A stretch of DNA of 63,548 nucleotides, filler included, from Sphacelaria rigidula (Eukaryota): assembly GCA_964200075.2 (NCBI GenBank). It is 11 parts of 11 records of this genome, joined end to end, with 100 filler letters (N's around TTAATTAATTAA, not from the genome) between each part and the next. Parts side by side here need not be neighbours in the genome. Positions count along the whole stretch, not along the records: positions 1 to 5,687 come from CAXNAA020025250.1; positions 5,788 to 11,474 come from CAXNAA020025251.1; positions 11,575 to 17,260 come from CAXNAA020025252.1; 8 more parts are not named here. The stretch is one strand, 5' to 3'. Position numbers and translations under genes: made by a program. The notes under the pieces were generated by a model. It saw nothing but the letters and a program-made list of their open reading frames with translations, had not been told where the DNA came from and ran no database searches. Positions 1 to 11,953 of the stretch are shown here, in pieces; positions within the stretch are counted from its first letter, which is position 1; the number at the start of each line of letters is the position of its first letter.

Positions 1-67
1 GCGTTGTAGGGACGCGAGGTCAATGGTCTGATGACTATGGCATGCATGATCATGAGTACACCCCCCC
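1..67 (+). repeat. Poly(C)-tailed short repeat, family A (3' end at contig start)
   Basis: TAGGGAYGCGAGGTCAATGGTCT..ATGACTATGGCATGCATGATCATGAGTACA-C(n). The same sequence starts the contigs at 23147, 34719 and 46291. Confidence 0.85.
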
Positions 68-1559
68 ACCCCCTGCAACCGCACCCGTACCAAGATCGTT
101 TCTAAAAAATGGCGTACCTTTATGACGATGCTGCTGCCGGTGCCGCCAATGAGCCCAAAAAAAAAGCTAAACGTCCCCGTCTGCATCGACCAGTGCGGGC
201 CTTTGACGACGCAACACGGGGTAAGCCTTTGTACTGTGAAGACACTTCCTACAGGAGCATCATACTGACCTGGACAGGATTCAAAATGACTACTGCACCA
301 AGGGGATGTCATGAGTGGGTGGGAACTGTCAATACCTTCCGGGGTGTGGAAAGTCGGTTTGGGGTGGGGGGGGTGCGAGGGCAGGAGAGGGAGGGGGGGG
401 GAGGGTTGCATCTGCCTCGCGTGATTGGTGTGTGGAGCATGAAGCTTCAAAACTCCGTCTTTCCTGCTTGAACATCTGCTGGGTTTGTGCCTAATAAAGA
501 GGAGGGGACAGACGCTGGAGCCATAGCATCTACACACTACTACACTGTAAAGTAATGCGTAAATGTGGTCTATCCGTGATGTTTCTACATTATTACTTGA
601 TTCTTGTCTTCGTAAAGCTCACCTGATTGTAGGGTACTATCAGATAACGACTTGACTAAATGGTAGGGGTCGAAAAGTGCTCTTTTTAGTGCGTAATAAC
701 CTTATTATTGAGAGAGCCCCACTGCCTACCATGATCTCGAGTCCCGTCAGTGTCCTTGATAATGGTAAAATCGTATGAAGGTTGGTGGAATCCTATTGGT
801 CGACAAAGAAATAACGTGAAATCGACTTGGCGCCCAAACGTCCCGCTAGGGCCTTTCTCCTCTACAAAAGCGCCATCCTCCACCGTCAGGAGGCATGGCA
901 CACCGCGGGTGCTACAACGGTTAAATACATCTGCTCGATGGTCGTGCAATCAATAGAGCAAGACGATGACCATGAAGCACGCAAAAAACGTGCAGTTCAC
1001 TCAGTTTCTTACGGCGGCCGGCGGGGCCACAATACAGTTGCAAGCGCAGGTCGGGAAGGGCATACCCGATATTTCAGTGTTTTGAAAAGTGGAGATCCGA
1101 TCCATGCCCACAGCAGCAGCCAGCCCAGCGCCTTCGTTTCCCTCTCTAAAGCCCATACAAGGCGCTTCGACTGATTTACGTACTGTAGTCAAGAGATGTG
1201 CGACTTTCAAAATACTAAAATATCGGGTAAACCTTACCAGACCTTCCCATGTACGGTACGGTTTCTCGAAATAATATTTATGTAGTATGTGCCCAGCAAT
1301 ACCACTGGTTCGATTGACCGCTTCCACGCGTATATATGGGCACGGTTTTCAAGTGAGCAGGGGTGTGGGGGCTGACTTCCTCGACTACGCTGTAGGGCAC
1401 ATTTGTATGAAGGCTTGGGGGAGGGGGGGTCGGCTTCTGCCGCTCATGGTGACCTCTTGACTGAAATTTTGTATTCCTCGCCGTCACCGGGTTAATGTAC
1501 TAGCCTAAAAGCACAGGGTATATCCATTTTTTTATGATATTCAAGATTCGTACACGGTA

Positions 1560-2781
1560 CGAGCTGGGCCAGCCTAGACGCCGATTTAACCTCCCAAAAC
1601 AATATCTCTTCGACAAAGACGAGTTGGACCGTGATTTGCACAGCGTATTAATCGTCTGATCAAGAGGAAGGTGCCCATGTGCTCAAAATTCTGGGCCATT
1701 GTTTTCTCGTTAATAAAATCCCATGTCTAGTAATTCCTTCTCGTATACCGTACGGAGACAGCGTCCATGCTACAGTCTATATGAAACTCCGAACGCTATA
1801 AAGAGAGGGTGATGACGATTTTTGATATGGACATTCCCTGGAGCACGGGGAAACGATCGATATCCTCACTTTCGCCTAATTCGTTATTTATCTCGAGATA
1901 TGGCGGACATAAGGTCCTGCACTAAAATCAATCGTTTCGAGAAGAGGCACTAAGTGCGCTACATCTGGATATTTCGTCTCAGTTTTTGAGAGTTTTGCTT
2001 TGGAATGTCGTGTGGGGGAATCGCTAGTGCATGGTGAAAGAGAAAAAAACAGCATTTTTCTATTTGGTTCTCCGGTTTTTCGTATTTTAGGGGAGTTTTA
2101 AGGGAAAATAGACGATGCTCTCGGACCTCATCTCAGTTTCTCAGCTCAATTTTTAGAAATGAGATTTGGAACTAATCATGGAGAATCGCAAAGGCATGCC
2201 GAAGGGAAAAAAAATGGGCCTTGATATATATATATATATATATATTAAGAGGTGTGGTTGTTCTCGTGAAAATATGGTCGATACTGTACTACAGTTAAAC
2301 GTCCTAAACAAGTGAAAAAACAATGGAAACCAGCATTTTCCATTTTTTGGTTCGTTATAGACTAGCGAGGTCCCCCACAAAATATTCAAAACGCTAGTAC
2401 CAAACCTTGGCCGATAAATGACCTGGAAAAATATTGTTCCGAATTTTGGCCGGCCCGATTTCCAAATCGCCCCCGTGTCACCGCAATTTTGATTATTGAA
2501 TTTTCGAATTTGGTACGGAGAAAAAATAGGGCATGCTAAAACTGAATCGAGCAGGATACTAGTTTTTTTCCCCCATCGTAAGCTAACGACATTTTTCTGA
2601 TAACTATTCGGTACTGATTATTGCTACTAACTTACGAAGAAAAAAAAATGTGTCCCGCTTGACTTTTTTTTCTCTAGCACGCTCTTTTCTTTTTCCATAC
2701 CGATTTGAAAGCCTAACGCTCAAAATTGAGGTGAGGCAGGGTCTGCAAACCACAAATTCGCGTCTAGGTCGGCCCAGCTAG
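1560..2781. mobile_element. ~1.2-kb non-autonomous DNA transposon (Tc1/mariner-like MITE), full-length copy
   Basis: Left end TA|CGAGCTGGGCCAGCCTAGACGC, right end GCGTCTAGGTCGGCCCAGCTAG|TA (imperfect TIRs, TA flanks). The body aligns by eye with 22188-23010 and with the reverse complement of 49196-50408. Confidence 0.85.
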
Positions 2782-5384
2782 TAGAGGACCGGTCATCATA
2801 GGTAGGATTCACATTCGATTACAATACAGTACAATAGTATTCCCTCTTTTGATTCAAGCACGGAAGAACAATTCGAGGAGATTGTGACATAAAAATGGAT
2901 GCTATTCGTACGCTGTTCGGCTCATCACGAGGACTGGACCATGCGCGTATCAAAGTATCGGAGATGCACAGTATAGTTAGTTGTCTATTGGGCGATTGAC
3001 GCACTGGTCCGTTCGCGTATTGTCAGGCCATCGCGGTCTCATGCTCCTTTTTTTTCCCTTCGATATCGTAGGAATGGCGGGTGACTTCTCGTGACCATGA
3101 TATTATCATCATCATTCTCAGGGTTATGGGCAGTCAAGATCATTCACAGGAGCAGATTCTGTGTCAATTTTTTCGTCTCGGTAAGACCCGATCTACGGAG
3201 GACTGAGAATGGGTTCATATGCCGCCATGAACGGTGAAGCGCAGTCAGTATAGCAGACGCAGTTGCGTGGTGTATCGGACAAGCACGCCCCGTCAACTTT
3301 GCCTTGCATTGACCCTTGTTTCCATCAGAGGAATGGCAGGGGTACCGCAGCCATGTCAAGCGCGACACCTACGTCGCTACAGTACTATAATTGGAGAAGT
3401 ACGTACATAATGAAGTACAACCGTGAACGTTGCATTTTCTGGCTCATACATGTTGCAATTTCCGACTCTGTGTGATCAATGGCCACGCAGGACGCAGCGC
3501 GCGGCACGGTGCAAGTAAGAGACTGCTGACGCATACATACATGCGCGGCAGGCGAAACGGGTCCTCGTGAAGCGCCAGTTGCGCACGCGAATAATAGTAG
3601 ATGAGATGTCTTCAGATTTATGGGCCTTTCTTGGCACCGTGACAGCAAGGGTGGGTCATGTATAATACTAGTTGCACACTGTTACGGTCTATCTGTAGGA
3701 AGGCTGGGATCACTGTCTGTACTGTCGTGAGATATCGTCTGGGGTGGGTTCGGCGGGATTGTCATGTCGACACATGGTTCGGACATGTGGCTGAAGCAGT
3801 TTTGGAGGATGGAATAAACATCACCAGGGGAAAGGCACTGGCATTTCCATTAGGTATGGATATCCAATCACAGCGAATACTGTTGTACTGCTGTTGTACC
3901 AGCTTCATTGACTGGTTGACCCACCCGTCGTCGCCTGTGCGCAGGGCAAGACGAGAGATACACTGAGGACGAATCATGAAGGATCAAGGCTCAAAGCCTC
4001 TGTACTGGCGGTTTTATTCGCCATTCCCAATGTCCCACAACAACAACAGTACAGTATTAATGATATAGATAGCAGAGACAGTGCAGAAGTACTATAGCGA
4101 TGCTAACTGCAGCTACCATAGTCTATCCCTCACCGTGTTGCATCCGGCTGGCTCTGCTAGCTTGCTCATGTTACCCGCTAACTGGATAGTCGGCGCAGAG
4201 GCTGCCGCTGTGTATGTCCTGCGGTAAAACACGTTGTGTATGTACAGTTTCACAGCAGCCCATCCAAGGATTTTAGGGGGTTTCAAGAGGAGCGAAGGAT
4301 CATACGAGTGCAGCGTTGGCAGGACTACGACCAAGCATAGACAGCATCCTGAGTATATCCTGCCGTATGGCCCATTACAAGGAACAGGATGGAGTGTGGC
4401 CAACATGTAGAGCAGAGAGACAGCGCAAGCTGCCGTTTCAACCGAGTGCGCTCAGAGATCATGATTGCTCTCACCTCACCGACAGAAGGCACAACAACCA
4501 GCACCGAGATTACTGCTTGGGGTCGCAAGGAGACCGACAAACCATCAACTGCGCTTTCACTCACTTAGTCGCTGATTCACTGATCTTCTCTCTCTGCGCC
4601 TCTCGATCTATTTGCCAAGCCTTGTACAGCAGACCGCTGCGCCTCTCGCGTATCCTGCGCTTGATCCTTTGATCCCTTGAGCCAAAAAGCGTTAACTTTC
4701 GTAATACATCTGTCAACCATCGTTTCCAAGTTTCGCAGTATTGCCATTATCCAACTTCCATCAACAACGGATCTGCGATTTGAGCAAATGTGAATATTAA
4801 AAACATTGAACGTCCACGACCCCGCTCCGGGCGTCCCATTTAATAAGGTGGTGTACTCTGGTATTGCACAAGGGGCAGCACGCTCATCGCTAGAGGGAGA
4901 GAGATATGGTGAACTTTGTGGTGTTCCTGGGCGTGAATGGAACTATCGTGGCGGTAGCGGTCTATCTACTCTTCGTTGCTGATCCAGACAGGTGAAGTCA
5001 GGAGGTTGGGTTGAGCGCCGATCACTTCAGCACCCAACTTCCAAAGATCGACCGTTGGATTACTGGGAAAATATGAGAACTGATTGTTGAACAAGATGGA
5101 TCAATCAGGGGCCACCGGCCACGCAATTCACGGTATTTTAATCATTGAGGGTCATTTCCGGAAACAGGGAGGGGTTCATCTGCAACAGCGTCTACATTAA
5201 CCTCCATTCAAGGTCAGGAGGCGGTATTGTTCCGAAACGAGGCATGGCGCGCAAGTGGTCGTACTTGTAGGAGTACAGAGTACAGGCTGGGCCAGCTGAC
5301 ATTGACTTTTGAATGTATCCTGGCGATGCTGTCGGTAATTCAAAGATTGAGACCCACTCTAATGGGAGGCGTTTAAAATTCCTG

Positions 5385-5687
5385 TTTAAAACTGCCTTTT
5401 CGGCCCTTCTCCGCCGTTTTACGCCTGAAAAAAGGGCTCGGCGGATATTGACGCCTTGGAATGACTTGCTCTACTCAGGCCGTTCCAGGGCAACTTTGCA
5501 TTTCCCGCTGGCCGCACTTTCATTTTTGGCCAAACACGGGTTTTCAACAAAAAACGGTCGAGCGATTAAAAAACAAGGGGACATTTTGATCACCTGACCG
5601 TTTTTTACTGAAAATCCGTGTTTGGCCTCATTCGGCCAAAAACAAAAGTGCGGCCAGCGGGAAATGCAAAGTTGCCCTAGAACGATC
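5385..5687. mobile_element. Foldback MITE (family of 43418-43795 and 53574-54049), truncated by contig end
   Basis: Shares CGTTTTACGCC..GGCGGA..TGACGCCTTGGAATGACTTGCTCTACT with those copies. Internal inverted repeat GCATTTCCCGCTGGCCGCACTTT / AAAGTGCGGCCAGCGGGAAATGC. Confidence 0.7.
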
Positions 5688-5787
5688 NNNNNNNNNNNNN
5701 NNNNNNNNNNNNNNNNNNNNNNNNNNNNNNNTTAATTAATTAANNNNNNNNNNNNNNNNNNNNNNNNNNNNNNNNNNNNNNNNNNNN
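5688..5787. other. Artificial contig linker
   Basis: 44 N + TTAATTAATTAA (stop codons in all six frames) + 44 N. Confidence 0.98.
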
Positions 5788-6023
5788 GGGAAAGCACTGT
5801 TTTAGGCTTGAGCCTCATCTCGAAGTTAAACCTCAATTCTCACAATTTGTTGTTTGATGTTGTTGGATTGTAGAAGACATACTGCACATTGTATCCATAA
5901 TTAACGGTTATGGCGTTTATTTTGCTGTACGTAAGATTGCTTGCAAGCCCACCACCCTCCATCCTCCTGCCCCTCCGTAAGACTTGATTCAGTGTCGACT
6001 TACTCCCCTCGAGAATTGGTGCA

Positions 6024-7215
6024 AAACCTGCTTGTTGGGAAATTTGACTCCCACGCCCCCACGCCCCCGCTTCCTTATCTTGAATCGCCCCTGGTGTGGT
6101 GCCATGTTGAAGTAATGGATGAGGACGTCGTAAGCTGTGGAACTTATGCATATTTTGCGCCGGAAGCGGCTTCGGGGTTTCAGACCGTCAAAATCTCGGC
6201 GGCGATGGATAAGTATGCCGTCGGCTTGGTGCTGCTTCAGCTGATCGCGGGGACGCATGTGCCTGCAACGTTGGTGAGTTCAGCGCAGCAGTACTTGTGC
6301 TCATCCGTTGACCGTTCATTATCGAAATCGCAAGTTTGGGGGGAAAACTGAGCTCAATGAGGAGAGCAAGCCATCCCAAGGCGTCAACATCCGCCTAGCC
6401 CTCGTTTCGGGCGTACATCGATGGACAAGGGCCAAAAGCGAAGTTTTCAACAAGATGAAATGTTTATACTGACACGTAGCAAGTGGGCTAATGTATCATT
6501 TTTTGGCCATGTTTTGCACATGTAACCTGCTATCCCTTGCGATGTCGTTGTTCCTCTAGGATACAAGAACGATGGGATGCCGCCAGCAGAGCTCCACAAC
6601 GCTCCTGCAAAGGCAGTTGGGTCAACGAACCCTTCACCGTGAAGATGAGGTGAACCCTGGCTGAATTCATTCGAAGTACTGATTTTCGATAACGTAGAAC
6701 GGATCCGGAAGTGTTCCCCAGGGGGGTTTCTGTACAGATCGTGCCCACGAAGTTCTCATCTCCAAGGGAGATCGTACGACGAGTAGTACCAACAAGGTGG
6801 TGTGTTCATTGAATGTTCAAGACGCATACGCAAATGAGTGAGCGTCCAACGACGATGCCGGGATCGGTCTGTGTCCAGCATACTCTGTCCACCCCGGTGC
6901 AACCCGAAGTAGTCATCGATTGGCACACGCGTGCTACGACGTCATGACGCGGTAGCTGCACAATGGTATGCAAAAGCTTGCGCAGCGAAGATAAATGGAG
7001 GCTTAGTGTAGCAGCCACGGGAAGTGAGAAAGTCCGGCGTTCACTCGCTTCGGTTCATGTGGACAATGCGCATCAAACATCAGGTGAAGGTTATCCTCGA
7101 GAGCCTCTTGAGCATCGACCCGTCCAAGCGCATGAAGCTCGACATCTTGGAGACACTCTGCATGAGCGAGGGTATGTGGGCTCCAGTAGCCTCCGACAAC
7201 TCCGTGTCAGGTGAC
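6024..7215 (+). pseudogene. Degenerate, intron-containing Ser/Thr protein kinase (C-lobe fragments)
   Basis: NLLV (subdomain VIb-like), CGTYAYFAPE (VIII) and MDKYAVGLVLLQL (IX) at ~6024-6273, ending at GTGAGT. ILESLLSIDPSKR (XI) follows a CAG at ~7083. No intact DFG is visible, and a MITE fragment lies at ~6377-6460. Confidence 0.7.
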
Positions 7216-7780
7216 CTACTATGCGACCACAGATTCCACAGACACCACGAATAACACCATTCAGCCAACAGGTGGCCGGTTGACGCGATCGCTGTTGCCG
7301 ATTAACCTGCCCAAGTATTGTCAGGGTGGGGGGAACAAATATGGCCCGCAGCGAAATGTCACGTCGGCAATATTACGGAACATACTTCGCACCTAATACC
7401 CGAAAACACAATCTTGAAGGCTGATTGACGCTTTTTGGTTTGGTTTTGTCCGACGTTAACCATATACAGGTGATGTTTTCATGTCTTCTTATTCTGCAGT
7501 TTTATCCTTGTGTGGTGAAAACAGATAGCGAGCTAGGCCCATACGGCTTCGGGTGGGCTATTTGGGTTGTTTGGGTTTCTGAAACAAGGGAAATACATTA
7601 TCAGGAAAACAACATTTGTACAAATACTGCCTAAAATGCGTCTGACCTCCAGGAGAGTACCATTGTGAACAAAAAGGACACGATCTTCGCACATCAGTCG
7701 TTATCTGACGTTTTCAACATTCAGCACCGTTAAATCTCCACACGTCAGAAAACTCATGAGCTAACTCAGTCATGCTGTGT

Positions 7781-7945
7781 AACTCACCGGCCGAGAATAT
7801 GCACCGCTGAGTTATCCTCTTAAAACTCACCTGGTCAGAATGTGCACTGCTGAGTCATCTCCTATAACTCTCCCGGCCAGCATGCGCACCGCTGAGTTAT
7901 CTCCTATGACGCATGCCGCCAGAATGTGCACCGCTGAATTATGTT
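7781..7945. repeat. Minisatellite, ~42-bp unit, ~4 copies
   Basis: Repeats of AACTCACCGGCCAGAATGTGCACCGCTGAGTTATCTCCTAT-like units. Confidence 0.8.
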
Positions 7946-8734
7946 GCTACTTTTCACAGGTGATTTATTGACTCGTGTCAACCTGAGTTGCGTCGTCCGA
8001 CGTGTGCAAATGTTTCTCTAGTCTGGGACAGAAAAAATGATGGGAATGTTTCGGCAGAGGTTCGAATCGCCAACCCTAATCACACTTCCTGAGTCTACCA
8101 TCATATGACTTACTTGCTGAACGATCGGGGGTGGTATCTGTACTCCAGCACGGACAACATAACAGTCGTGTTATTCTATACTCCCGGAAACCATTACCGC
8201 TCTGTGTCGTCGCCACTAATGCTATACCGCATCCCACAGCGCTGCCGTTCTAGAAGCTTACTAAGTAAGTCATACTGGGCATGCTCGAGCATCATCTATG
8301 CATGAACGACACTTCTGTGACACTCTTCTTCTCCCTCCGTCACCCTTCACCTTTTTGTTTGACGGGCCATACAAGATCGTACACTAAAAGTTGCCCAATA
8401 CCATCATGTGCGGTAGTAGGCTGTCAAACTGTCACATATACTATCAATACAGAGCAAAACAGTCAGCGCTGACTGTTTAGCTCAATGGTATCTGTGACAT
8501 CTCAACATAGGCCCCCCGGTGGACCATCCAGGTCTAGCATTTCCCCTCCTTGGCATGCCCACGTGCCAACAGTCAGAAATGTCGCGTGTCTTCGGTGTTT
8601 ATGGGGTGTTGGTCAGCGGTGTTCGGTTCGCTCGGGTACCGCACGAGGAAGCACAAGACGCAAAAGACACGCAATATTGCAAACAGCTCACGAGTCGAAG
8701 CCAAATGTTGCTGTTTTTCCGCTTCTACTGACCG

Positions 8735-9569
8735 GATGATTGATCCACACGCAGATCTCGCCAAAGACATCGAGAACAAAATCGACAACGTGCGCCAGCT
8801 ACTGAGGAGCAGGTAGCTCAGGGGTCGCTAGCACTCCAGTGGTAAGGAAGAAAGAAGGCAACGCGTGGATGTGCTGGGAAGCAAGTGGGCCGATGGCCGC
8901 GAGCAGCCCAGTCACAAGGAAGCTTACAGGGAACGCGTGAAGGCACTGGGAAGCAAGTGGGCCGATGGCCGCAAGCAGCCCAGTCACAAGGAAGCTTGCA
9001 GGGATCGCGTGAACGCACTGGGAAGCAAGTGGGCCGATGGCCGCGAGCATTCCAGTGGTAAGGAAGCTTACAGGGAACGCGCGAATGCACTGGGAAGCAA
9101 GTGGGCCGATGGCCGCGAGCATTTCAGTTGTAAGGAAGCTTACAGGCAACGCGTGAACGCACTGGGAAGCAAGTGGGCCGATGGCCGCGAGCATTCCAGT
9201 TGTAAGGAAGCTTACAGGGAACGCGTGAACGCACTGGGAAGCAAGTGGGCCGATGGCCGCGAGCATTTCATTTGTAAGGAAGCTTACAGGGAACGCGTGA
9301 ACGCACTGGGAAGCAAGTAGGCCGATGGCCGCGAACAGCCCAGTGGTAAGGAAGCTTACAGGGAACGCGCGAACGCACTGGGAAGCAAGTAGGCCGATGG
9401 CCGCGAGCATTTCAGTTGTAAGGAAGCTTACAGGGAACGCGTGAACGCACTGGGAAGCAAGTGGGCCGATGGCCGCGAGCAGCCCAGTCACAAGGAAACT
9501 TGCAGGGAACACGTGAACGCACTGGGAAGTAAGGATACACTGCAACCCGCAGACAGCACGGAACAATAG
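8735..9569 (+). pseudogene. Decayed tandem-repeat protein gene (72-bp / 24-aa unit, ~9.5 copies)
   Basis: Unit ALGSKWADGREHSSCKEAYRERVN. It is in the same frame as the upstream MIDPHADLAKDIENKIDNVRQLLRSR. In-frame TAG codons sit at positions where other units have TGG or GAG. Confidence 0.65.
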
Positions 9570-10127
9570 AGCACAGCACGCATCTGCGTGCATAAAGCGA
9601 TTCTTCTAGCTGTCTATTTCTCGAGCTAGGCTATCATTGACGGTCTTTCTGCGATCTCATGTTTTGTTCTGCGGTTCAGTTGGCTCGAATACATAAAACA
9701 GTACAAAGACAGCTTCAGGCACAGCACCAGTACTGCAAGAGGCGCCCCCACATTTTCTCGTGAGTTTTGGGAAACACTCCGGAAACACTCCGGAAACACT
9801 CCGGCAACGCTCACTGCAGTCAGCGGACAGTACAGTGCTGTGCCGTTCAGCATAGCATAATGTAGTACCGTGCAATCTGTGAAGCGGGCAATAGACAACA
9901 ATACTACAAAACATTTTATTTCTCTGGCGTGAATCATGGGAACATATTGTATTTCTCTCCTTTCATTGACGCAGCATAAATCCCATGTATCTGTTTTCCA
10001 CCTTGCATTCGTGCAGCATATATCATAGGCACACGCTCCCCACCTTCCCTCAATACGAGGTGAAGCACGCGTACATGTGTATCCCCTTCACTTCACGCGA
10101 GCGTGAGTTCTAGTAGGTACGTACGTG

Positions 10128-11474
10128 TTCCCCTGCTGCCTTCCTCTTCTTGAGGTTGGCTACACACTCCTTTTCTTTGTCTCTGCCGAATTCTCTCTCG
10201 CTCGAGCCACTACCCTCCCGTTTTGACGTCTCCACATTTGCCTCTTCCCACGCGTTGAGTTCTATTTCGAATTCCGTGTCGAAGGTCGTATTAGGTTTGG
10301 TGTTTCTCGTGTACGGTAGTGCTCGACTAGCACTCCTACCTTCCCCTTCGAACTACTGATCATTATACTGTTCTGTGCCCGTAGTGTGGCTATCCCCTTG
10401 TCAATCTTTCTTGCCTGGCTTTCCATGAACCCTTTTATTCCCACCCACATTTGTTTCATCCCGCCATCGAAAGCTTCATTTGTCGTATTCAACACTACAT
10501 GTTCCCACACCCCCTTGTTTCTCTTCTCTGCCATATTTTGTACTCCCTTTCAAGCTTTTGTATAATCCTCCCAGCCTACCGTAGTTTTACTCGATATGCA
10601 TCTTGCGTGGGCCTCTTTCCTTACCTTTATAGCCTATTTTACTTCCTCATCCCACCATTTTACTGCTCTGTTGCATACTATCAGTTTCTTCCCCATGACT
10701 TTACTCGTTGTGTTCTTGACCAGCTGCTCCCATCCTCCTATAATATTCGCTCTTGCCCGACCCCTTTTCATTTCGGTATCAACTGTGCTTACGCGTTCCA
10801 ATAGCTCGGGAAATATCACTACATTTTTGGCCATCCCTTCTTGGAACTCCTGCTGTTTTTCATCCATTTCTAGCTTATCGATGTTCCATTTGTACATCTT
10901 CGTACCCCGCCTATTTCGCCTAGCTCTCGTCTGTCGGCGTCCTGTCCAAATTAGGCAATGATCTGTAGTTCCCACGTCCTCCGCGCATACATGTACTTCC
11001 GTTTCTTCACCATTTCAACGCTCCACCACTACATAGTCAATAACGGAGCGTTTTCCTTCGTCTTTGCATTTTCTAGTCCTTGTCCATTGCACCTCTGGCT
11101 TTTGCGCTCTATCGTTCAGCGTCTTCATGTCGTTATTATCAAAGAACTTCAGCATGTCTACCCCGTTCGTGTTCTTCTTATCTTTCCCGTGTTGCCCAAT
11201 CAATGATATCATCCGGTTGACCTGCTTTGCCAACCCTTGCATTGAAGTCTCCCACTAACATGACTTCTCCTTGTCTCTTTTGCTCATGTACATCTGCTGC
11301 TGTCTCTTCAAACCTCCGCTGTATATCGTTCACCCTATACTCTTCGATTCTCGGGGCATATAGATGTTCCCCACTACGAAGAAGTCCGTCGTTCCCCGCT
11401 CTCCTGGTACCTTTATCCACAACATTCTCTCGTCGAATTTGGTGTCTTCGATCATTTCTACAATGCCACACAGG
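10128..11474 (-). mobile_element. Degenerate non-LTR retrotransposon (LINE): APE endonuclease plus linker up to the start of RT
   Basis: Frameshifted segments in the expected order: VMLVGDFNARVG, MLKFFDNNDMKTLN, RSVIDYVVV, TDHCLIW (APE GDFN / IDY / SDH motifs), KWWDEEVK, then LKKRKAAG (pre-RT motif). Confidence 0.9.
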
Positions 11475-11574
11475 NNNNNNNNNNNNNNNNNNNNNNNNNN
11501 NNNNNNNNNNNNNNNNNNTTAATTAATTAANNNNNNNNNNNNNNNNNNNNNNNNNNNNNNNNNNNNNNNNNNNN
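11475..11574. other. Artificial contig linker
   Basis: 44 N + TTAATTAATTAA + 44 N. Confidence 0.98.
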
Positions 11575-11953
11575 CCCCCCCCCCCAGCTCAAAGTTATGG
11601 CTTCATGAAAAATCTCCTCACATGTTGTAAACCATGGTACCGGCAACTCAATATTTTGTGACTCGTTGACTTTTTCATGCTCTGATCCCGAGTCTTTCAT
11701 CATGCAGTGAAGTGGGAAATGGCGACCAACATAAAAAATCAGCAAAATATCTCGAACCTAAAGGTCAAAAGTGAAAACACACATGCCCAGCACCAAAACT
11801 TGTGCTCACGTTTCACGAGACCCGCGAGAATGCATTTGCGCGTCATGACTCCGAAACTGCAGCGAGCTTTCGAAACTCGTTGGAAGATGTTCCTCACATT
11901 TTCATGGAATCTAGTTGCAACGCTCTTGCCGCTTGCGCTCTTCGTTTGGGCAG

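Noticed and set aside
480..1500. Coding-like composition with several short ORFs
   Set aside because: No recognisable domain or splice-consistent model.
5732..5743. TTAATTAATTAA as a regulatory or PacI-type site
   Set aside because: Part of the artificial linker. ORFs containing X runs are likewise artefacts.
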